Source: an uncultured Planctomycetota bacterium (GTDB taxonomy: Bacteria; Planctomycetota; Planctomycetia; Isosphaerales; Isosphaeraceae). From it: a DNA stretch of 64,000 nt. A program made the translations under genes and the position numbers. Location: positions 1,430,028 to 1,494,027 of the forward strand of contig CAWJTV010000011.1 of the NCBI GenBank assembly GCA_963845755.1. Direction: 5' to 3'. The first letter of the stretch is position 1. The number at the start of each line of letters is the position of its first letter. Below the pieces are notes generated by a model. It was not told the origin of the DNA. It saw only the letters and a list, made by a program, of their open reading frames with translations, and made no database searches. Positions 33,679 through 43,925 of the stretch are shown here, piece by piece.

Positions 33679-35123
33679 ATGTACTGGCTCGATCAGGAGT
33701 GGATTGGAACCGTGGACCAGTGTCAGCCCGAGGAAATAAATCATCATTTTGACCCCGAGGCCGGTCGCCCGCCCGGGCCGGGCCCGACGCGCGCCGCCCC
33801 GCACCAGGGGCCCAGGGCTGCGCGTTGCTCGAGGATGGACTGGCTCGGGCCGGGCCTCGCCCTGATCGCGGCCTCCATCATGGGCCCCCTCTATCTTACA
33901 TCCCTGAGGCCACCGACCGGCCGCATCGTCAACTTCTACCAGGAGTGGGCCTCGGCGCCAATCACCTTCAGGGCGTGCCCGTCTACGCCAATCACCGGGT
34001 GACGATTCCCCGCTATCTGGGCCTCGAGATCTCGAGACCGCAAGACCTGACGGTCGAGGTGAACGCGCACCCGCCGACCTCCGTCCTGCTGGCGCTCCCT
34101 TTCGCCGCATTCCGCTACCAGGATGCCGTCCTGGCCTGGAACCTCACTTCGTTCGGCATGCTCGGGGCGAGCCTGTACCTGATCTGGCGCGGCCTGCGGA
34201 TTCCGTTTTCAGCCCGGCGGTTATTCCTTTTGATCGCATCGCTGTTGGTGTGCTCGCCCCTGATCCTGCAATTCTTCTTCGCGCAACTGAACCTGGTTAT
34301 CCTCCTGCTCTTGACGGGCACCTGGGCCGCGGACCGGTCGGGGAGGCCGATGCTCGCAGGGGCCTTGCTGGGGACCGCCGCAGCCATCAAGATCTTCCCG
34401 GGATTCGTTTTCATTTACTTCCTCCTGAGGGGAGAATGGAAGGCCCTGATCGCGGGGGCGCTGGCCGTGACCATGCTCACCGGCCTCACCGCGGCCGTCC
34501 TTGGCTTCGAGTCGTATCGTTGTTACTTCGATGACGTCCTCCGGCGCGTGGCGGGATTCCGCGGCGGATGGCCCAATGCCTCCCTCGTGGGATTCTGGGT
34601 CAAGATGTTCGACCCCCCGTTGAGCGAGCTGCAAGTTGAGCCGCTCTGGCGCAGCCCGGCGATCGCGCGGATCGGGATCGTGGCGTCCTGCGCGCCGGTC
34701 CTGATCGCACTGGCATCGATCGTGCGCCGGGCGGCGACGCGGGATCACCTGGACCTCGCGTTCGGATCGACATTGACGGCCATGCTCCTGGTCTCGCCGA
34801 TCACCTGGGACCATTATCTGCTCCTGCTGCCACTTCCCATCGCCGCGACCTGGATTCATCTCCCTCGGTCCACCTCCGCGCGAGCCCTTTTCGCGGTCAT
34901 CCTCGTCGCTTTCTGGTCCTCGCCGTCGATCATCCAGCATCTCTTGATCCCCGGGGGTAAATCGCACGGCATCGCTCATCCTCTGCAGACGGTCACCCTG
35001 CTCTCGTATCAATGTTATGCACTGATTGCGCTGTTCGGCCTTGGCGTAGCGGTCATGTTCGGGGGGGATTCGGTCGGACGGCGGATCGCGGGGAGTGTAT
35101 CGAGTGCGACAACAGTGGATTGA
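33679..35123 (+). CDS. GT87/DUF2029-like membrane glycosyltransferase (2); frameshift near 33958
   Basis: NFYQEWASA, then GVPVY..NAHPP, AQLN, AIKIFPG, SPITWDHY. Confidence 0.8.
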
Positions 35124-36476
35124 AGAATGTGTTCATGGGTACGGGATATCGCCCTGGGCGGATCGGGTTCGATCCTTCGCCGATCGTCGCCTGGAGCGCG
35201 ACAAGGTGCGTTTCGTCTGTTTGGCTGTGCTGGCGATGAGCCTCGTGCTCGCCGCCGTTTCCTTCCTCACCCCCGACGGGACTCACACGATCTTCGGTCC
35301 TGCTCGGGGATTCGACTTTGCGGGTTTCTACATCGCGGGCCGGATCCTCAACGCAGGGCCGTCGCCGCGCCTCTATGACCTCGACCTCCAGGATCGAGTC
35401 TTCCATGAGCTCCTGCCCGGCTTGCCGCCGGAGACGAAGCTGCCCTATGTCTATCCGCCCTTCTTCTCCCTGCTGTTGCGCATCCCTGCGCTGATGCCGT
35501 ATGCATGGGCCTGCCTGACCTGGATGCTGCTTTCGGCCGGCCTCTACCTGAGGGGGCTGGCCTTGACCTGGCGCGGGGTCGAGGCCATTCCCACGCGAGA
35601 GCGATCGACCGCGCTACTCCTGGCCCTCTCGTTCCAGCCGTTCGTGGAGTGCTGGCTTTCCGGACAGGCGTCAACGGTCGGCTTCGTCGCGATGGCCCTG
35701 GCGCTGCACTGCGAAGCGCACGGGAGGCCGTTCGGCGCCGGGCTCTGCCTGGCACTCTGCCTGTACAAGCCGCCGCTCCTCGTCCTGGTCATTCCCATGC
35801 TGGTCGTCGCCCGGAGGTCGCGTGTCCTGGGTGGATTCGCCGCGGGGGGCATGGCTCTGGCGGTGGTCTCCGTGCTCGCGGTTGGCTCGCGTGGCTGCGT
35901 GGCCTACGTCCATCACATTACGGCGTTCTCGCGGCTCATGAGGAGCCCGACCACGGAGTTCCCCAACTGGAAATTCATCGATCTCTACCATTTCCTCGGA
36001 TCGATGTTCGGTGGCCATGGTCTCCTTGGATTATCCGCGTTGGTCATGGCGGCCCTCACGGTCTTGCCATTCTTGATTTGCTCGTGGTGGTGCTCGACCG
36101 GTACGGTCCCGACCGACGACTGTTGACCTGGTCCGCGACACTGACCTGGACGTTGGTCTTGAATGTCTATATCGGCGTCTACGACGCCATCCTCATCGTC
36201 CCTGGGCTGGTGATCACCACGGACGCACACTGGCGGCGCGACCGGACGACCGCGATGACTTCAGTCCACGCCTTCAGATTCCTCCTGGCGCTGCTCTTCG
36301 TGGTGCCTTGGATCTCGCAACACCTCGCACGCTCGCTGGGATTCCAGCCCTTTACGCTGGTGCTGATGGGATTGGGGGCCTACCAGCTCGTTCTCGCCGG
36401 GCGCGACGTCGCCGGAGAGGAGATGGATAGCCGGCGACGTTTCCGCGATGCGACAGCGTTGGGTGTGATTCCATGA
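35095..36476 (+). CDS. GT87/DUF2029-like membrane glycosyltransferase (3); frameshift near 36090
   Basis: FDFAGFYIAG..LYD..PYVYPP, SGQ, YKPP, YIGVYD. Confidence 0.8.
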
Positions 36477-36567
36477 CTCGAGACCAAGGAATCTGGGGTT
36501 GGTCCCTGCAGACGACGAACGAATCGAGGCTTTCTGGGTCGAACTCGAGAGAGGATTAACGACGGTG

Positions 36568-37827
36568 ATGAGACGAGATGGCAGTGCGAACCTCCGTCCC
36601 TGGATCTGCCTGGTGGGCATTACGCTCCTGACGACGTTATGCGTCCAGGGCCTCCTCGCGATCGCGCCCTGGGAGAAGCTGGTCCCCGACTTCATCTGCT
36701 ACTGGGCGGCCGGGAAGCTCGTCGCCTCGGGTCAGAGCCCCTACGATGAGGCGCTTCAGGCCCGGATCCAGCACGAGTGCGGCTGGGACAAGGCAACGGA
36801 TGGGCTGGGCCGGTTCGATTTCCTCCCTTACTATTACCCCCCGTGGTTCGCGGCATTCTGTGCGCTGCTGATCCCGCTCGGCTACCAGGGCGCGAAGATC
36901 GCGTGGTTCGCCCTGAACCTGGAGCTGCTGCTAACATCGGGCTATCTGCTCCGGGACGCGGTCCCCGGCCTGCCACGGTCGGTGCCGCTGGTCGCGGTCC
37001 CGGTGTTCATCCTGTCGGTGATCTCGCTGTTCGTCGGCCAGACCTCGATCCCGATCCTCTTCTTCGCCGCGCTGGGGTGGCGGCTGCTGGAGGGGGGGAA
37101 CGACCGACCGGCGGGGGCCGCGCTAGCCTGCCTGACGACCAAGCCGCAGTTGACCGTCTTCCTCGTCCTGGCGCTGCTGCTCTGGGCCGCGAGGCGGCGG
37201 CGTTGGGGGGTCGTGCAGGGGTTCGCGCTGACCCTGGCCGTGCTGGGCCTGGCCGGTGCCCTGATCGTGCCGGCCTGGCCGATCGAGATGCTGCGGGCCG
37301 GCGCGCATACGCCCCCGCCGACGGTCTACTTCCCGTGGATCGGCACCACCTGGTACTTGATCCTCAGGACGCTCGGCCTCCGGTCATGGAGCCTGTGGCT
37401 GCCATACCTGGTCGTGGCAGTCCCGTTCCTGGTGGTGGTGGTCCGGGCGTCGCTCGACCGGTCAAGGCCGCTGGAAGACATCATGGCCCTGGGGTTACTT
37501 GCGCCGTCCCTCATCGCGCCCTACGGCCGCCACTACGACTTCTCCGTCCTGCTGATTCCGCTATTCGTCATGATGGGCCGGCGGCTCTCGGAGGTCGCCG
37601 GGACCGCCCTCCTCGTCACCCTCGTGGTCCTGCCCTACCTCCATTTTGGGGCCCTCATGAAGTTCAGGCAGAGGTATCCGAGCACCGTGCGCCTCTTCCC
37701 GGAGTTCACTTTCTTCTGGATTCCCTTGCTCTTGACGCTGATCTGGCTTGCGACGGAGGTCTGGTCCGGACGCAGCCGCCGGGCGGCGCTCGCGGCGACA
37801 GGGGTCGTCGGAGCCGCCGACGCTTGA
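36568..37827 (+). CDS. GT87/DUF2029-like membrane glycosyltransferase (4)
   Basis: PDFICYWAAG..SPYD..PYYYPP, VGQTS, TKPQ, PYGRHYD. Confidence 0.85.
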   Translation: MRRDGSANLRPWICLVGITLLTTLCVQGLLAIAPWEKLVPDFICYWAAGKLVASGQSPYDEALQARIQHECGWDKATDGLGRFDFLPYYYPPWFAAFCALLIPLGYQGAKIAWFALNLELLLTSGYLLRDAVPGLPRSVPLVAVPVFILSVISLFVGQTSIPILFFAALGWRLLEGGNDRPAGAALACLTTKPQLTVFLVLALLLWAARRRRWGVVQGFALTLAVLGLAGALIVPAWPIEMLRAGAHTPPPTVYFPWIGTTWYLILRTLGLRSWSLWLPYLVVAVPFLVVVVRASLDRSRPLEDIMALGLLAPSLIAPYGRHYDFSVLLIPLFVMMGRRLSEVAGTALLVTLVVLPYLHFGALMKFRQRYPSTVRLFPEFTFFWIPLLLTLIWLATEVWSGRSRRAALAATGVVGAADA

Positions 37828-37877
37828 ACTGTCCCCGGCCTTGCCCTGACCGAAACCTGACCGCGGAGTCGGCCGCC

Positions 37878-39083
37878 ATGACCCGGAATCACTTTCTCCT
37901 GTCGCTGACGTTCCTCACGACCGCCGTCCATGCTCAGATCTTCCTGGCGACCGCGCAGTACCTGATCTTCTTCGGGAGGAATGACATCGCGGCCGTCTCG
38001 TGGTCGCTCAGCTTCTATTACGACAACGCCTCGAAGGCCATGGCGGGCATGATCCCGTACCGGGATTTCCCCTTCGAATACCCGGTCCTCTCATTCCCGC
38101 TCTTCCTGCTCCCCCGTCTCCTGGTATCGGACCTGGACGGTTACAAAGCCGCCTTCGTGGTGGAGATGCTGCTCTTCGACGCCGCAGCGATCTACCTGAT
38201 CGCGCGCCAGGTGAGCGAGAGCGAGGGGATGGAGCAGGTCCCGTGGCGCCTCGGCTGGTACACGCTGTATTGTGCCATCCTCAGCCCGCTGGTGATCGGC
38301 CGGTTCGAGCTGGCCCCGATGGTGCTGGCCTTCGCGGCCGCGCGGTGGTGGTACGCGGGCCGGAGTCCCCTCGGCGGGATGACCGCCGGCCTGGGGGCGC
38401 TCACGAAAGTCTTCCCCGGGGTGGTCGCCGCTCCGGCGCTGGTCTGGGAGCTATCGCGGCTGCGGACGTCTTGGCCGCGCGGCATGGAGGCTTTCTTCGC
38501 GACCATGGCCGTCGGGCTGGCCGCCTGGTTCGCCCTGAGCGGCCGCGGCGTGCTCGATTCGCTGGGATACCACGCCCGGCGCGGCCTGGAAGTGGAATCG
38601 CTCTACGGGGGCGCACTCTTCCTCTGGGGGACCGCAACGGGGACCGTGGTCCCCTGGGTCTTCGACTACAAGGCGTATCACGTCGGGCCGGCATGGGGGG
38701 CGTGGCTGGCCCCGATGGCCTTCCCCATCCAGGTCGCAACACTGCTCCTGGTCATGGTGCAGTTCCGGCGGTCGGGCATGACCGAAGGGATGCGCTATTC
38801 GGCGGCCGCCGTGCTCGCCTTCATCATCACCGGCAAGGTGTTATCGCCCCAGTACCTGATCTGGCTCTTCCCGTTCCTGGTGGTCCTCGATGGCCGGATT
38901 GGCCGCCTCGCCCGCCAGATATTCCTGCTCGCCTGCATCACGACGGCGATGCTCTATCCGGGGCCCGGGTTCGTCATGGTGCTCGACCACCAGGCTGGCG
39001 CCATCCTGCTCTTGAATCTCCGGAATGGGCTCCTGATCTGGTTGCTAGGAGTGCTTTCTGTCGGCTTGACGGCGAAACAGTAA
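37878..39083 (+). CDS. GT87-like membrane glycosyltransferase (5)
   Basis: GMIPYRDFPFEYP, RFEL, TKVFP, RGLEVES, KVLSPQYLIWL. Confidence 0.75.
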   Translation: MTRNHFLLSLTFLTTAVHAQIFLATAQYLIFFGRNDIAAVSWSLSFYYDNASKAMAGMIPYRDFPFEYPVLSFPLFLLPRLLVSDLDGYKAAFVVEMLLFDAAAIYLIARQVSESEGMEQVPWRLGWYTLYCAILSPLVIGRFELAPMVLAFAAARWWYAGRSPLGGMTAGLGALTKVFPGVVAAPALVWELSRLRTSWPRGMEAFFATMAVGLAAWFALSGRGVLDSLGYHARRGLEVESLYGGALFLWGTATGTVVPWVFDYKAYHVGPAWGAWLAPMAFPIQVATLLLVMVQFRRSGMTEGMRYSAAAVLAFIITGKVLSPQYLIWLFPFLVVLDGRIGRLARQIFLLACITTAMLYPGPGFVMVLDHQAGAILLLNLRNGLLIWLLGVLSVGLTAKQ

Positions 39084-39457
39084 TGAATTTTGAATTATTT
39101 TATATATTTTCAATTTAGCCATCGCCACTGATCCATTGCCGCCTGCCATAGAGGCTCATGGGGCCGCTCCCCGATCGTCGTCGACCGCCACCGTGGATGG
39201 CTACAGGGCTGACGATCCAGCGGACAGCCTACCGACACGCTGTTCCTACGAGGGCTCCGAGTAGATCCTGTCCGCCGTTTCATGCGGCCGGCCGAAGTCG
39301 GCTCATCGGGATCCTCGCGGACGTCCCGGCTCCGACGCCGGCGGGTCGGGACCTGCGCCCGGAGGCCGGTAGGCTACCGGATATGCCTTCGCGTCTCAAT
39401 CTCGCGGGGTCGCGGTGTTGGTCACAGACTGCAGTGGTCCCGCTCGGCCCTCGATGG

Positions 39458-39520
39458 GCTTACACCTGATTGACGAGATTCTGAGAGCTTACACTCAGGC
39501 GCCACGATAGGTTTACACTC
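39458..39520. promoter_or_regulatory. Three G(C/T)TTACAC direct repeats, candidate upstream activator sites
   Basis: GCTTACAC at 39458, GCTTACACTC at 39487, GTTTACACTC at 39511, about 160-220 bp upstream of the sigma-54-like promoter. Confidence 0.5.
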
Positions 39521-39679
39521 GGACCGTGTCCTGTGCCGTCCGAGGCGGTAAGGGTGAGCTATTCGAAACTGTGCCCCCAAAGGGCTCGCGTCCTAACTAA
39601 TGCTCTTGAAACAAGTTGCGCTTCGATGCCCTGGCCAGGAGCGTTCTTCATGGATTACCGAGGTGGCGCAACGAAGAGT

Positions 39680-39696
39680 TCGGCACAGCTCGTGCT
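39680..39696 (+). promoter_or_regulatory. Candidate sigma-54 (-24/-12) promoter for flp pilins
   Basis: TCGGCACAGCTCGTGCT has exact GG-N10-GC spacing with GGCAC and TGCT; about 125 bp before the first flp. Confidence 0.6.
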
Positions 39697-39820
39697 TAAT
39701 CATCATCACGTATAAGACATGCGGTCTAGAATCCGACGGAAGCGACCGGTCGAGGGCGACCGGGACCCGTTCGCATCGGAGGGCCGCAATTCTTTTTCTA
39801 CCTCTACGAGAGGAATCTCC

Positions 39821-39991
39821 ATGACGAAGCTCTGCACCGCCGCCCGGAAGTTCGTCCGCGATGAGGAGGGCGCCTCGCTGGCCGAGTACGGCCTGCTCCT
39901 GGCCCTGATCGCCGTCGTCTGCCTCGCCGGCATGACAACTCTCGGAACGAAGATCAACGCGATGTTCAACCAGGTGGCCTCCACCATCTGA
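39821..39991 (+). CDS. flp: Flp pilin 1
   Basis: MTKLCTAARKFVRDEEG/ASLAEYGLLLALIAVVC... (G|xxxxEY prepilin motif); GAGGA RBS. Confidence 0.96.
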   Translation: MTKLCTAARKFVRDEEGASLAEYGLLLALIAVVCLAGMTTLGTKINAMFNQVASTI

Positions 39992-40104
39992 CCCCAGCGC
40001 GGGTCTCACCGGGGTCCTCGCCCCCTCCCCTGTGAAAGTCCCACCCTGCCGAACCGGGGGCTTCGACACACACGACTCCATCTTTCACCCAGAGAGGAAG
40101 ACCC

Positions 40105-40275
40105 ATGACGAAACTCTACGCCGCCGCCCGGAAGTTCGTCCGCGATGAGGAGGGCGCCTCGCTGGCCGAGTACGGCCTGCTCCTGGCCCTGATCGCCGTC
40201 GTCTGCCTCGCCGGCATGACCGCCCTCGGCACGCAGATCAACGCCATGTTCAACCAGGTGTCCAGCACAATCTGA
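40105..40275 (+). CDS. flp: Flp pilin 2 (near-duplicate of pilin 1)
   Basis: Hand translation MTKLYAAARKFVRDEEGASLAEYGLLLALIAVVCLAGMTALGTQINAMFNQVSSTI*; not in the ORF track. Confidence 0.96.
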   Translation: MTKLYAAARKFVRDEEGASLAEYGLLLALIAVVCLAGMTALGTQINAMFNQVSSTI

Positions 40276-40427
40276 CTGCTGGCGAGTGGCCTGGGCCGCA
40301 ATCACGCTTTGCGAGTTCGGCAAGGGAGACGACGAGTTCCCTGGGCCGGCAGAACGAAAATCAATGACCCGACGCCAGGTGGTTTCGTTCGAGCCGTTCA
40401 TACCCTTTTCGACAACGAGGAACGGCC

Positions 40428-40598
40428 GTGAATCGGCTCATCGAGGCCGCCAGGCATTTCGGTCGGGACGAGGGAGGTGTTTCGATCGTTGAATACGCCC
40501 TCATGTTCGCCTTGATCACGATCGTCTGCATCGTGGTGATTGGCGCGTTGGGGGCGAAGGTCAACGAGTTCTTCAGTTCATTCTCCGCGACCATCTGA
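40428..40598 (+). CDS. flp: Flp pilin 3 (divergent, GTG start)
   Basis: Hand translation (M)NRLIEAARHFGRDEGGVSIVEYALMFALITIVCIVVIGALGAKVNEFFSSFSATI*. Confidence 0.92.
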   Translation: MNRLIEAARHFGRDEGGVSIVEYALMFALITIVCIVVIGALGAKVNEFFSSFSATI

Positions 40599-40906
40599 TT
40601 CACGGCCGTCGCGGCCGGGCCCGTGTGGCATGGGCGGCGATCGCGAGAGTCGGGGGACAGGCGGATTCTTACCCTGCCGGCAGGGAAAGGCCCGTTCAGC
40701 CCGGTCTCCCTTAGATCTGGTGGTCGATTCGATGAGGGAGGCGCGAGCCTTCCCGGAACGCCGGCGTCGCCGCCTGGGATGGTCAACGTAGCCCTCGCTC
40801 GCGGCGCGTGCAGCCTTTGATTGGTGGAGTTCCCTCGCGGATATCCCCTTTCCTCCGTGCGCCGAGCGCGACGAGGACAAGATCCCCATAGCTAAGGAGA
40901 CCGACG

Positions 40907-41458
40907 GTGCCTGGTCCCGCGGACGTCCCGATAGCCATCGCACTGACCGCCACGCTGATCGCGGCCATCACCGATGTCTGGAAGTTCAAGGTCTACAACC
41001 TCCTGACCCTGCCGCTGCTCGCGGTCGGTCTCGTCTATCACGCGATGCGGGCAGACCTCGCCAGCAGCCTCGTCGGCGTCCTGTTCGGGTTCGGTGCCCT
41101 AATCGCCCTCCACGTGATCGGCGGAATGGGGGCCGGCGACGTCAAGCTGATGGCCGCGCTGGGAGCCTGGTTGGGGATGCCGTTGACCTTCCACGTGTTC
41201 ATCGCCAGCTCGCTGGCTGCGGGCGCCTATGCCGTGGTCCTGATGGTGGTGACCGGGAAAGTGGGCGAGACGTTCCTGAACCTGCAGGTTCTCTGGATGC
41301 GCCTGGTTTGCATCGGCCGCTACTTGGGGGCCGACGACCGGGTCGAGAAGGAGGTGCGCCGGGCCGACCGCCGCCGGCGGATCATCCCTTTCGCCGCCAT
41401 GGTGCTGGTCGGGATCGTGAGTACGCTGCTGTGGTCCGGCAGCAACCCGATGCCCTGA
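40907..41458 (+). CDS. cpaA: Prepilin peptidase CpaA/TadV (A24)
   Basis: AAITDVWKFKVYN, GGMGAGDVKL, IPFA. Confidence 0.93.
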   Translation: MPGPADVPIAIALTATLIAAITDVWKFKVYNLLTLPLLAVGLVYHAMRADLASSLVGVLFGFGALIALHVIGGMGAGDVKLMAALGAWLGMPLTFHVFIASSLAAGAYAVVLMVVTGKVGETFLNLQVLWMRLVCIGRYLGADDRVEKEVRRADRRRRIIPFAAMVLVGIVSTLLWSGSNPMP

Positions 41459-41557
41459 CCGCGAGCCGCGCGGTCGCCCGCCGGGGAAAGCCCGGGCCCG
41501 GTCAGACTGATCTCGACGTTGTCCTCCTCAGCTATCCATCCCATCGGGAGTAGACTT

Positions 41558-42443
41558 ATGAGTCCGCGTACGCTGATCGTGGCAATGCTGGCGCTATTCT
41601 TCGGCGGAACGGCCGCTGTCGGGGTCAATTCGCTGATCAAGTCCCCGCCGAAAGGGGATATGGTCCCGGTCGTGGTGGCTGCCGCGGACATCGCACGCGG
41701 AGGTACGATTACCAGCGAGCTGCTCAAGACGCGGGACTTCCCCAGGGAGCTAGTGTCCCCAGGGGCGATCATGAAGATCGAGGACGCGATCGACCGGACA
41801 GTCGCGATCCCGCTGATGCGGGACGACGCGATCCTGGAGAACAAGCTGGCCACCAAGGGGGCCGGGCGCGGGATGGCCGCGCTGATCCCGAAGGGGATGC
41901 GGGCCTTCACGATCACGACCACGCTGGCGTCGGGCGTGGCTGGCTTCATCCTGCCCGGCAACAGGGTGGACGTGCTGCTGACCATCACAGAGGGGATGGC
42001 CGGCAACTTCACCGGCGGCGCCAGCACGGCGAGGCTGCTGCACGACGTGGAGATCCTGGCCGTCGATCAGAGGATCGACGCCCCGGCTGAGAACAAGGTC
42101 GAACGTCAAGGACATGCGGTCGGTGACCCTGCTCGTCTCGCCCGACGAGGCGAACGTGCTGGAGTTGGGCCAGCGCAAAGGGAGCCTGCACCTGGCGCTG
42201 CGGAACCGGGACGACCGCATCGCGGGCAAGGCCCGGCCGGCGACGATGCTCGACCTCCAGTTGCGCCAGGAGAGGACCTGGGATCAGCGGGCGAAGGAGA
42301 TCGTGGCGGCGCTGGGCGAGGCACTGGCCAGGGCGCGCCCGCCCGCGCCGCCCGCCCCCAGGCGGGAGGCCCCCAGGACGATCCGGACTCTCCGCGGGAG
42401 CAACGAGGGCCGGGTGACCGTCGCCCCGAACGACGGATCCTGA
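41558..42443 (+). CDS. cpaB: Flp pilus assembly protein CpaB/RcpC; frameshift near 42103
   Basis: SAF domain VVVAAADIARG, IPKGMRAFTI, GFILPGNRVDVL, then SVTLLVSPDEA..LHLALR. Confidence 0.92.
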
Positions 42444-42501
42444 GGGTGGCGAGGTGGCCGACGGACGTTCCTGACGTCTCATTCGAACCCAGAAAGCGAT
42501 C

Positions 42502-43791
42502 ATGAAAGCCTTATTGGCCGCCGATAGCGAGGCGCTGGCCGCTGCGGTGCGGCAGGTCTTGCTCCGTGAGGGGCTGGACTGCCCGGCCTCGGAGGTCGTC
42601 CGCATCGAGGTGGCGCCCGAGCGTCTAACCAGGTCGCCGGTCGACCTGTTCGTCCTCGTCTTGCCGGACGACCCGGTCGGGGCCCTCGGGGCGCTGGAGC
42701 TGGTGGAGAAGCTGCCGCGGCAGCAGGCGACGCGGGTGCTGGCCGTCGGACCGACGGCCGACCCCAAGATGGTGCTGCGGGCCCTGCGTGGCGCCGTGGA
42801 CGATTACCTCGACCGGGATGACCTGGAGGCGGAGCTCGAGGCCGCGCTGGCCCGGTGGCGGGCGAGCCGCCCGGATGAGGACGAGGCCGGGCGGGTGATC
42901 GCGGTGCTGGCCCCCAGTGGCGGCAGCGGATCAAGCACCCTGGCGGCGAACATCGCCACGGTCCTGGCCAAGCAGCACGAGACCTCCGCACTGATCGACC
43001 TGAAGCTCCATGCCGGCGACCTGGCGCCGCTGCTCGACCTCAAGCCGACACACTCCCTGGCCGACCTCTGCATGAACGTCGGCCGGCTGGACCGGGTTCT
43101 GTTCGAGCGGTCGATGGTCCGACATCAAAGCGGCGTTCACCTGCTGGCGCCCCCCGCGCAGTTGGGTGACGTCGGCCGCGTCACGTCTGAGGGAATCCGC
43201 AAGGTGCTCCACCTGGCCCGCGGCATGTTCCCCTACGTGGTGATGGACGTGGATCACCACTTCGGCGTCGAGCAGCTCGACGCGCTGCTCCAGTCCGACA
43301 TTGTCCTCGTCGTCATCCGGCTCGACTTCGCCTCGCTGCGGAATGCTCGCCGGGCCATCGAGCACCTGGAGCGCCTCGGCATGAACCGGGATCGCCTGAG
43401 GCTGGTGGTGAACCGCTATGGCCAGCGCAAGGAGGTCCCGTACGCCAAGGCCGAGGACGCCCTGGGGCTGAAGATATCCCACTACGTGCCCGAGGACCCC
43501 GCGACGGTGAACCGGGCCAATAACAACGGCGTGCCCGTCGTCATTGAGAGCCCGTCGGCCAGGGTCGCCAAGAGCCTGACGAAGCTGGCGGCGAGCGTCA
43601 ACGGGCGGCATAAGGTCGAGAAGTCGGCGGCGACGGGCCCGATGCCCGCCCCGTCGAGTATCCCACCGAGGGAGAACGGGTTCTTCTCAATGTTGAGAGC
43701 CGCGGGGGGCTCGTACCAATCCGGGATGCCACCGATCGGACGACCGGCGATGGCGAGCCCCGGGTTCTCCTTCAATCCAGATGACCGGTGA
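42502..43791 (+). CDS. cpaE: CpaE/TadZ MinD-like ATPase with pseudo-receiver
   Basis: ALRGAVDDYL, deviant Walker A SGGSGSSTLAAN, LIDL, LVVNR, ANNNGVP. Confidence 0.9.
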   Translation: MKALLAADSEALAAAVRQVLLREGLDCPASEVVRIEVAPERLTRSPVDLFVLVLPDDPVGALGALELVEKLPRQQATRVLAVGPTADPKMVLRALRGAVDDYLDRDDLEAELEAALARWRASRPDEDEAGRVIAVLAPSGGSGSSTLAANIATVLAKQHETSALIDLKLHAGDLAPLLDLKPTHSLADLCMNVGRLDRVLFERSMVRHQSGVHLLAPPAQLGDVGRVTSEGIRKVLHLARGMFPYVVMDVDHHFGVEQLDALLQSDIVLVVIRLDFASLRNARRAIEHLERLGMNRDRLRLVVNRYGQRKEVPYAKAEDALGLKISHYVPEDPATVNRANNNGVPVVIESPSARVAKSLTKLAASVNGRHKVEKSAATGPMPAPSSIPPRENGFFSMLRAAGGSYQSGMPPIGRPAMASPGFSFNPDDR

Positions 43792-43925
43792 GGCGATGTG
43801 ACCCCGGCAGGGAAGGAATTAATCGAGGTCAGGCTTTCTAGCCCGACGGACCGAAACCGTCGGGCCGGAGAGCCCGACCGATTCTTTTGCCGGCATCATG
43901 GCCGGTTTCCCGGGAGCGATCGACG

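Noticed and set aside
36777..37877. N-terminal half of the 768-aa ORF
   Set aside because: Shadow frame over GT87 paralog 4; the real gene starts at 37878.
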